The notes beneath the pieces were generated by a model. It was not told where the DNA came from. It did not search any database and was given only the letters and a program-made list of their open reading frames with translations. From positions 1 to 57,370 of IMG/VR virus record IMGVR_UViG_3300017707_001066: a stretch of DNA of 57,370 bases; one strand, given 5' to 3'. A program made the position numbers and the translations under genes. Source of the stretch: a virus. Lineage: Duplodnaviria; Caudoviricetes. Within the stretch, counting starts at the first letter, position 1. Every line of letters begins with the position of its first letter. Below are positions 1-8,500 of this stretch, piece by piece.

Positions 1-877
1 AAAACATACTGGTACTGCAGATGAGGAGACTGTTGAAACTATCAAGGGTCAGATTAAAGATGCACAGATGTATTATGATCAGCTTAAATCTGATAAAGAT
101 GCAATGAAAGAAATCAAGATGAATAAGAGAAAGCAAGCTCAACTTCTTGGCATCTTGTTTGCAGAATATCAGATCTTAACTACTGAACAAGCAAGCATGG
201 TTAGGTCAGAAATGATGAAGCCAACTCATGTATTTGAAGATTCAAGTAGCTTATGGGCTTTCTATAATTATGTGACTACAGCACTTCAGACTTCACACCC
301 TAAAACTTGGATGGAAGACCAACGTGTTCTACATTATTTTATATCAAGTGTTAATAACTTTTCTAAGCCTTCAGTGCCTCAACCAGTTGTAGAAGCTGAG
401 GTAGATCCATTAACTACAAATTATGGTCAACCTGAGAATCAGCTCAATATTTTAACTGAAATTGAGAAAACAGAAGCTGTAGAAGATTCATTAGAATTAG
501 AAGCTAAAGAAGATTTAAAAGCTTTTAAAGAAGATTTAGTTATTGAAGATTCTATTGTAGAAGAAATAGCTAATGAAGTTATAGAAGAAACAGTAAGCTA
601 TACTGATCCTATGGGTAATACTTTTGAGGCACCAGTTTTTGACACTATAGAACTCAATAGAGATACTAAAATGGCTGTAATGATCAGTCCATGTGCAGCA
701 CATGATTTAGAAGATGATTCTTTTATGGACACTATTGATGAAACAGTAGAAGAGGTTATATCTTTAGAACCTACTCCTGAAGACTATGAGCAGTTTGAAA
801 AAGAACAACAAGAAACTGAAGATGATTTTGCATTTAATTTCTCAGATGATGAGGATGATGATGCTGCATTCTTCTAA
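1..877 (+). CDS. DUF932/DUF945-like phage protein with acidic C-terminal tail (5'-truncated by window edge)
   Basis: Frame is open from base 2 (KHTGTADEET...) into ORF 68..877. The KHT and SLWAFYNYVTTALQ motifs resemble the DUF932 family. The C-terminal half is strongly D/E-rich and ends DDEDDDAAFF. Confidence 0.55.
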   Translation, partial: KHTGTADEETVETIKGQIKDAQMYYDQLKSDKDAMKEIKMNKRKQAQLLGILFAEYQILTTEQASMVRSEMMKPTHVFEDSSSLWAFYNYVTTALQTSHPKTWMEDQRVLHYFISSVNNFSKPSVPQPVVEAEVDPLTTNYGQPENQLNILTEIEKTEAVEDSLELEAKEDLKAFKEDLVIEDSIVEEIANEVIEETVSYTDPMGNTFEAPVFDTIELNRDTKMAVMISPCAAHDLEDDSFMDTIDETVEEVISLEPTPEDYEQFEKEQQETEDDFAFNFSDDEDDDAAFF

Positions 878-905
878 GAGCCTGTAAAAAGGGTTAATAC
901 TAATT

Positions 906-939
906 AAAGGGGGTGGCTTAGGCTATCCCCTTTTTTTTT
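906..939 (+). terminator. Rho-independent terminator
   Basis: aaagggggtggc-ttag-gctatcccc hairpin (with G-U pairs) followed by T9, just after the stop at 877. Confidence 0.8.
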
Positions 940-950
940 AACTTTGGATT

Positions 951-1337
951 ATGAAAAAACAAATATCAGCAGTAGAAAAATTCCATAATGCTTTTGGGCA
1001 AGAGAATGGTAAATGGCCACAACCACTAAGTGAACATGAGTTTAATCTTAGACATAGCTTAATGAAAGAAGAAAATGATGAGTATCTTGAAGCATGTTAT
1101 AATAACTCATTGCTTGAAATTGCAGATGCACTTGGTGATCAGTTATATATTTTATGTGGTACTATTCTTAAACATGGTATGCAACATATCATAGAAGATG
1201 TATTTGATGAAATACAAGCAAGTAATATGAGCAAGTTAGGGGATGATGGTAAACCTGTTCTCCGTGAAGATGGTAAAATTTTAAAAGGACCTGGGTATTT
1301 TAGACCTAACCTATCTAAATTTATTGAAGTAAAATGA
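951..1337 (+). CDS. MazG-like / PRA-PH family nucleoside triphosphate pyrophosphohydrolase
   Basis: EENDEY and EIADALGDQLY acidic helix motifs, plus the C-terminal SNMSKLGDDGKPVLREDGKILKGPGYFRP signature. Confidence 0.85.
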   Translation: MKKQISAVEKFHNAFGQENGKWPQPLSEHEFNLRHSLMKEENDEYLEACYNNSLLEIADALGDQLYILCGTILKHGMQHIIEDVFDEIQASNMSKLGDDGKPVLREDGKILKGPGYFRPNLSKFIEVK

Positions 1338-1762
1338 CTTTCCTTAATTCTCATCCAATTAAAAAGTCAGATCTTGGCTTTCACGGCAATCTTTTTGGAG
1401 GGAAACTTCTTGCATGGATTGATGCAGCTGCTGCTGGTTATGCAATGCAGTTATGTGACACTCCAAGAATGGTTACTGTAAGTATAGATAAATGCAACTT
1501 TGAAAAACCTGCAAGAGAAAGTCAGTTACTTAAGATTTATGGTAAACCACATAAAGTAGGTAACACATCTGTATCTCTTTATATGGAAGCTAGAGCTCAT
1601 AATGTATATACTGGTGTACAATCAGTAGTTTTAAAAACAAATATTACATTTGTACATATTGATGAGGAAGGGAATCCTATTCCAATAGGAGAGAAAGGTA
1701 GAAGAAGAATTACAAATTTAATAGAAGATGAGTCCACAACAGTTCAAGAAACTAATGATTGA
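1334..1762 (+). CDS. Acyl-CoA thioesterase, hotdog fold (YciA-like)
   Basis: DLGFHGNLFGGKLLAWIDAAA, VTVSID..F..P, VGNTS and TFVHIDEEGNP motifs. ATGA overlap with the upstream gene. Confidence 0.85.
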   Translation: MTFLNSHPIKKSDLGFHGNLFGGKLLAWIDAAAAGYAMQLCDTPRMVTVSIDKCNFEKPARESQLLKIYGKPHKVGNTSVSLYMEARAHNVYTGVQSVVLKTNITFVHIDEEGNPIPIGEKGRRRITNLIEDESTTVQETND

Positions 1763-1898
1763 AGCATACCTAGCTGGTGCTGAAAGTATGACATGTGGTT
1801 GTTTACCAATGCAGACTAAAGCAGAAGCAAGAGATTGGTTTGAAGAGAACCATCAGTTATTTCAGGAAACAGATAAAAAGAAAGATGGAAAGTCTTAG
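1728..1898 (+). CDS. Small hypothetical protein (56 aa, MSPQQFKKLMIEAYLAGAESMTCGC...)
   Basis: Read manually: ATG at 1728, TAG at 1896-1898. It fills the gap between neighbours and overlaps both. Absent from the ORF track because it is shorter than 60 aa. Confidence 0.55.
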   Translation: MSPQQFKKLMIEAYLAGAESMTCGCLPMQTKAEARDWFEENHQLFQETDKKKDGKS

Positions 1899-2136
1899 AT
1901 GCTTTGAATGTAAGATAGAAAAGCCATTAGAAAAGTATTCTCCTAATAGAAGAAAGTATCAGATTAAATCTAATAAAGGCCGTTGTATTATATGCAAAAA
2001 GTGTGTATTACATAATGCAATCACTAAATTATATGTAGTTAGATATAATTTTGATGAGGGCAAATTTGAGATCATTAAGTTTAAAGATCCTAATGAAGCT
2101 GTAGAATTTATTAATAAAGAAGAAGGGGAGTATTAA
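1885..2136 (+). CDS. Small Zn-finger protein (CFEC...CIICKKC), 83 aa
   Basis: ATG at 1885 (MESLRCFECK) is preferred to the track start at 1795. Paired CxxC motifs are present. Confidence 0.6.
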   Translation: MESLRCFECKIEKPLEKYSPNRRKYQIKSNKGRCIICKKCVLHNAITKLYVVRYNFDEGKFEIIKFKDPNEAVEFINKEEGEY

Positions 2137-2149
2137 CTCCCCTTTTTTT
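2123..2149. terminator. Bidirectional terminator at the convergence of + and - transcription
   Basis: Perfect stem aaggggagt-atta-actcccctt with a T-run on the right and A-rich sequence on the left. It spans the stops of both convergent genes. Confidence 0.8.
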
Positions 2150-5100
2150 ATAGTATCGTTGACTGGAAGCTCTTCACTGCTTGTGCAGGATCTAAGTTGT
2201 TTCCAGAGAAACCCATTAGTTTTAAGAAATAAGCCCAAGCTTTGCTGTCTCCTTTTTCCCAAATACCAGATCTTCTTTTATATTCTTCTGTAATATTCCA
2301 AGGTAGAATTTGATTACCAAACTTGAATGCTCTTTCTAAACTACTAGTAACAGCTGATGGAGATCTTATTACCCTGAATAAGTCACCAGGGTTTACATAC
2401 TGAGCAGTCTCACTTCTCATACGTATAGCTTGGTAAAGTATAAAGTTATATATCTTACCATCTTTAAGTTCTTCATCTTCATCATCTCCTGAGCCTACCA
2501 TAAATGCTAGTATAGTAATTAATGCTATCATAGACATTAGGATTGTAATCTCAGCAGCTGTTCTTCTGATTTGTGCTTTTTGGAAAGGAGTATATGTAGA
2601 CCAAGCTTCCATAATATTACCTTTATATCTTACAATGTCTTTCATTAATGTTTGAAAGAAAGTAATATAGTAACCTTCTGTTCCTGCACCTAACTCTTCA
2701 TCAAAAGTATTTTTCTTCCATCTGCGTTTCATAGCTGGTACAAAATACTTACGGTATAATAAGGCTAATCTACCTAATGCGTATCTTTGGATAGTAGCTT
2801 TGTCAAACTCATTATAAACCCCTTGCATTCTTTTATTTAATGCATGCAGTTCATTTTGGAAGTCCTTTCTTTTCTTTTCAGTAAAGTCTGTATTCTTTTC
2901 TAGATCTTCAACATAGACACCATATTTTTCATGAGCTTCATATAAACTAATTTCTAGTCCAGTGTTTTTATCTATGACTTTAGTAGCATTCATAAGAGCT
3001 AACATGGTAGTAGTCTGAACTTCATGCTCACCTAAATGCTGGTTAAAGAATAAAGTATTTGTTCTAAATAGTTTGTTAAACATACTACCAGTTACTTTTT
3101 TACCATATTCATCAACAAACTCTCCTTGCATTGCATCATAGTAATCAGATAATCTACCTATAAGTGATTCAGGTACAGGCTTACCAAAGTCAGCAATCAT
3201 ACTACCTGTTTGTTTAGCATATTGAGCTTTTGCTTTTAGATAATCTTTTTTACCAAAAAATTCTCCAGCATTAGCTTCAATGATTACTTGTAAGTTACCA
3301 CCAATATTATTGGCAACACCTTTAAGTAAATCTAAAGCAAGGGTAGTCTTAGCAGATATCCCCATTATAGTATTAGTTATCTTACCTGCAGATAATCCTA
3401 ATACTTCTTCTGCTTTTTGAGACTCTCCATATACTACCATTTCTATGAAGGCTTCTAAATGTTTCTCAGAATTAGACTCCCCATTCTTTTTAATATACTC
3501 ATCATAGCCAAGTTTTTTAGCAATAGCATCAACCATTACTTGACCTTTTGAGTTAGTTTCTAAAACTTTTCTGTCCCCTATGATAGTTCTAAATGCACTA
3601 ATTTCTGAGTGCATGCTATTCATAGCCTCATATCTATTAGCCATACCACTGAACATAAGGATAGATCTAGTTAAGTCAAAACTTATTTCTGATTCATCCA
3701 TAGGTTGAGTGTAATACAATGGCAAGAATCTAACGTTCTCTTCACTTAATGAGCCTACCCCAAACTCACTGTCATAAGCTTGAATATTTATTGCTTCTTT
3801 ACCTTTAGTTTTAAGATATTGGCCAAGCTTTGTATCTCTCATTCTTTCCATTTCTGTTTTAGGAACAGAAGGAATAAAGAGTCCCATTTGACCACCTTCA
3901 GGTAATTTCTCTTGAGCTTTTAGATATATATCAGTTAAATACTTATGGTATCTACCTTGTTCACTGATAGGATTACCGTTTGTATCATAGAGTTTTTTCC
4001 AGTTATCATTTAAATATGCTGAAGATGGTTCTGAAAGAGATCCGATATATACCGTTGTACCAGTTCTTTCATTAAAGAACATGTTACTATTTTTCCAGTC
4101 TTCAAATTCAGTATTAGTAATAATACCAGCATTTTTTTCTTTAACTTTTTGACTGATTATTTTATCAATCTCTTCTTGACTCTTAGCTGTTTTATTAGTT
4201 CTATACCACTGAGCTCTTTCTTTTTTCCAAGCTTTAAGTGCAGCTAATTCTGCAGGTGTAGGAGTTTCTGATAGTATAGGTTCTGGACCTATTCTATCAT
4301 ACATAGCTTTTTCAGCAGCTCTAAACTTGTTCATGTCAAACTTCTGAACAAATGAAGGTCTCTTAATTACAACAGGATTACCATCTTTATCTAGAGTAGG
4401 TGTACCGTCTGCATTATATTTTGGAACTTCTATAATTTCATAGATACCCTTATAGAGTTCTTTCATGTTATCTTTTGAAGCACCTATTTTACTAACAAAT
4501 TGTTGGTATTCTTTAGCTACTTCTCTTTGAAGTTTTTCATCTAAAACTCTTGCATCTTCAAAAGAACCTTTGATCATTTTAGCAAATAGAGCAAGTGCAC
4601 TATCATCTGAACTAATAAGTGGACTTAAAAGATAATCTAGAATACCCTCATCTTTATTAGCTTGTTTTAATAACTGCTCTAATTTATTTTCATCTAAAAG
4701 ATATCCTTCATATTGCTCTAATCTTTTATTAAGTTGAGCTAGTTTGTTTGCTCTACCTTTATCAGATAATGTAGTGCTAAGTTCTACTGCATTAATCTGT
4801 GCTTTTAAAGAATCTATTTCAGCTTGAGTTCTTTCTGTTGCTCTTCCTGATCTATATTCAATAAGTGTTTTAGATATTAATGGAATTGCCTCTGTAATAA
4901 ATTTAGAACGGATATTATCTCTAGTTGCAATAGCAGCAGTAAGCTTCTCTTGTGGAGTCATCTTACCTGGTTCTTTTTCTACTACATCATTGCTAAAGTA
5001 TTTATAGATGTCTTCTTTACTTATCTCATCTAATATGCTATAACCGTTAGCAAAGTCATTAAGAGATACTAACTCATCTAATAATTCTTTAGGATCTTTT

Positions 5101-5543
5101 CTATCTTTTTTAGCAAGTAAATTAGCCAATCTTTTCTTAGCTCTTAATGATCTTTCATAAGCATCATTAACAAACATGTTAATAGAGTCTACTCCCTCAA
5201 GAGCATCCATGTTTTCTTTAAGAGATTGATACTGTGCTTTAAGTGCAGTCTGATTTTTTACTTTAGTTCTTTTAAGATCATTAAGCTTTCTATCTATAAA
5301 GTATTTTACTTTCTTTACTGCATCCCCAAACTCTCCTTCTTTGAGTTCATCATCAGTCTGGTCTTCCGCTTCCTCTGTTTCTTCAGGGTCGTTAATGTTT
5401 GGGTTATCTGCATAACCTTCTTCTTCCCATATCTCTAAAGCTTTTTTATACAGTTCATCTTCATTAAGAGTAGGGTTTGCATCCACTACTCTTTGATAAA
5501 CATCTTTCCATTCTTGGCTTGCTCTATTTGGACATCCTAACAT
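2148..5543 (-). CDS. Large virion ejection/cargo protein (1131 aa) with a C-terminal hydrophobic helix
   Basis: Long helical ORF directly downstream of the virion RNAP. N-terminus is MLGCPN. Hydrophobic segment ITILMSMIALITILAFMVG lies near the C-terminus. Position matches crAss-like cargo genes. Confidence 0.65.
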   Translation of the reverse strand: MLGCPNRASQEWKDVYQRVVDANPTLNEDELYKKALEIWEEEGYADNPNINDPEETEEAEDQTDDELKEGEFGDAVKKVKYFIDRKLNDLKRTKVKNQTALKAQYQSLKENMDALEGVDSINMFVNDAYERSLRAKKRLANLLAKKDRKDPKELLDELVSLNDFANGYSILDEISKEDIYKYFSNDVVEKEPGKMTPQEKLTAAIATRDNIRSKFITEAIPLISKTLIEYRSGRATERTQAEIDSLKAQINAVELSTTLSDKGRANKLAQLNKRLEQYEGYLLDENKLEQLLKQANKDEGILDYLLSPLISSDDSALALFAKMIKGSFEDARVLDEKLQREVAKEYQQFVSKIGASKDNMKELYKGIYEIIEVPKYNADGTPTLDKDGNPVVIKRPSFVQKFDMNKFRAAEKAMYDRIGPEPILSETPTPAELAALKAWKKERAQWYRTNKTAKSQEEIDKIISQKVKEKNAGIITNTEFEDWKNSNMFFNERTGTTVYIGSLSEPSSAYLNDNWKKLYDTNGNPISEQGRYHKYLTDIYLKAQEKLPEGGQMGLFIPSVPKTEMERMRDTKLGQYLKTKGKEAINIQAYDSEFGVGSLSEENVRFLPLYYTQPMDESEISFDLTRSILMFSGMANRYEAMNSMHSEISAFRTIIGDRKVLETNSKGQVMVDAIAKKLGYDEYIKKNGESNSEKHLEAFIEMVVYGESQKAEEVLGLSAGKITNTIMGISAKTTLALDLLKGVANNIGGNLQVIIEANAGEFFGKKDYLKAKAQYAKQTGSMIADFGKPVPESLIGRLSDYYDAMQGEFVDEYGKKVTGSMFNKLFRTNTLFFNQHLGEHEVQTTTMLALMNATKVIDKNTGLEISLYEAHEKYGVYVEDLEKNTDFTEKKRKDFQNELHALNKRMQGVYNEFDKATIQRYALGRLALLYRKYFVPAMKRRWKKNTFDEELGAGTEGYYITFFQTLMKDIVRYKGNIMEAWSTYTPFQKAQIRRTAAEITILMSMIALITILAFMVGSGDDEDEELKDGKIYNFILYQAIRMRSETAQYVNPGDLFRVIRSPSAVTSSLERAFKFGNQILPWNITEEYKRRSGIWEKGDSKAWAYFLKLMGFSGNNLDPAQAVKSFQSTIL

Positions 5544-8500
5544 AACAGTTCACGTATTTTTGACATAATTTCATTGTACTCAGTCTGAGTTTCTGCGGCC
5601 TCTAATTTAGAGATAAATTCATTGATATCATAGCCTTTAGCTGCTATGATAAAGTTCATTTCAAGGTCATTAGCAATAGATCTAAGGTTTTTAAGATCAT
5701 CTTGTTTCTTACGTTGAGATACGGGCTTTTTAGATTTACCTGTTTCTACAACCCTACCTTGTATCATACTTACATTTTCCATTAGTACAGTACCATCAGT
5801 ACTAACTAGGTCATACAAGTTTGTTTTAGAATTTCTAGCCCAAACACTTTTACCTGGTACAGCATCAAAGACTTCAGGCAATTGATTACCATTAGCTATG
5901 AATGCTTCTTTAAACCTAGGTACATGATCTATTTGGATACTGTTTTTCTCAACACCACCTTCTTCATCTCTTATCTTAGCTTCTACATCTTGAATTTCAG
6001 AAAGTATTCTATTAATATCACTTTGGTAGTTATACTCACTGATATAATTTTCCTTACCTATTTGAAGGATATCAATGATCATGTTTCTGATTTCTTGCTC
6101 ATCTATAGGAGCTCTACCGGATTCTTCATAGAATTCATTTTCCATGATTTGATGAGCAGCTTGTGTAACAGATAGACCAGAATTACTTAATAAAGCTGAA
6201 TTAATATCTTTCCCAACACCTGTTTTAATACCAGTCTCTTTCATTGCAGAAGATGGAGTTATCTTAGGCATAGCAAGAGCTACAATAATGTTATTATTAT
6301 TTTGATAAGCCTTTTCTTGTAATTCTTGGTAGTTTCTTAAGTCAGCTTGAAGAATTGCTAAGTCTTGTTGTAGACTTGACGGATCATCTTGAGGAGATGA
6401 CATAGGAGACATAGATGGTGAAGTAGGCATGCCTGGTTCTATAGGCATAACTCTTCTCATAGTAATGGTTACCCTATAAGAACCTGCTGGATATGTTTCA
6501 CCATCAATCTTAGTAGTCAGTGTTGGTAAAAAACTATTTTGCGGAGTAGGGAATGTTCTATGCCATACTTCTCTATTAACACCATTTAAACCAAATATAT
6601 ATCCTGTACCTGGTTGAAGATTTAGTGTTTCATTTTGTGGTCCTAATCTTTCTATAGAGAAATTACCATCGCCACCTAGGTTAACACCAATTACTGGATA
6701 ATTAATAGCAGATCTACTTTCATCTACATCATTGTGAGAGTTAATAAAAGTATCTTTTTTATATATATTTATAATAGCACCATCATAATTGGTCATATCT
6801 ACACCACTTGCTTTTTGCATAAGTTCTCTAAATCTAGAACTGATTTCTCCAAGAGATTGACCATTTATTGATTCAGTGTAGTAACCATACTTAGGGTTGT
6901 TTACTATTTTGTCAGGAATATTAACAGCCTGTCTTCCGCGATTATTATCTGTATAATCCCATCTTAAACCAAGACCAATCATTTTACTAGCGCTAGCACT
7001 TTTAAGTGTTCTAGCACCTTGCTCTTCTATGAATGGTTTTAAGTAATTAAATAGTTCAAGTTGTTCTTCTTTTGTAAGAGCTCCTTGATTTACATAAATG
7101 CCTGGTTTAACTTCTTCTCCTTTAGGAGTTGCAGTAGGTTCAGCAGTCTTAAATGTATTTTCATATACATCTCTGATAGCTTGTTTAGCAGCTTCTTCAA
7201 CGTCTTGACCTCTATATTGAGGTCTTGGTACCCAATTACCATCTCTATCTTTTATACTGTAGGATTCAATATCTCTTGAGCCTACACCAGCAAAGTTTTT
7301 AGTAAGGATAGGAGTATTTACTTGTTCAAATTCTTTACCGTTAAATTTAAACCAACTTCTATTATTTAAATCCCATACATATACTGGTTTTCCAAGTTTA
7401 ATTCCTAATTGAACTGCAACATCAGTACCACCTTTAACTTTATTTAAAAGATATCCGTACTTGGATTTAGTACTATCAGTAAGATTTGGATTTGATTTAT
7501 CAGTAGTTGTAGTTAATTCAGCAATAGCATATACAGCATCAGCATTAGCTACTTGATAATAGTTTCTTACTTTAAGATTACCCTCTGTTGTATCAGGGTA
7601 TTTTTCTCCAAGTAATTTTTCTACCTCAGCTCTTGCTGTATCCATTTGTTCTTTAGTAAGAACTTCAGCTTTAACTCCAGCTTTTCTTAATTGAGCTGCT
7701 AAAGAAGCATTACTTGCTTCTCTATAATGTTTATGATTAATTACACCAAACTCTCTACCAATTATATCCCAATAAGTGTCTCCACCATATGCTCCTCCAG
7801 AATGATTTGTGTATTCAGAAGCTTCAGCTGAAATAGTTCCAGTTTGTTGTGGAGCTTTTTCTCCTTCTTCCCATTCAAATTCTTCTTCAAATTCTTCTTG
7901 TGGTAATGGTGTAACTTCATTGTAAGCTTCAAGTGAAACACCATAAGTTTTAACAGGTACTCTTTTATCTTTAATAAGTCTATTAAAAATCATATTAAGA
8001 GTATTATCACTCATGTAGTTTCTTTGGAAGTTTAAAGAAGCTTCAGTCATGTCTTTCATGAATGTTTCTACCTCTAAGATTTTTGGGAAACCAAATGTAG
8101 TTTTACCTACACCATGCTGGAAGAACATCATAGCTGAGAAGTCCTGGAACATTTTACTGATTCTAGCATTCTCAATTGGGTCTTCTACTTTTTTAATAGT
8201 AGGATCTGCTAATTGACTAATCTGTCTTTTATAGTTAGTAGCTACTGCTCCTTTAGCATTATTTTTATCAGCAAATTCTACAATACTAAAGTTACCTCTA
8301 AGTCTAGCTTTAGAAAGTTGATTAATGATAGGATAGTCAGCAACAAGTTTTACAGACTGTCTCATTTCAGTTAACATCTCAAGCAAACTTTCAGTATATG
8401 AGTACTTAGTAGTACCCATAATATATGCTGGATTAAAAGTATTTCTTAATGCTGTATCAGATACGTAGGCAAAGAATGCAGCATTCCCATCTTTATATTT

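Noticed and set aside
1795-1884. Track start at 1795 for the Zn-finger ORF
   Set aside because: It is a GTG start overlapping a better 56-aa ORF. The ATG at 1885 directly precedes the CxxC domain.
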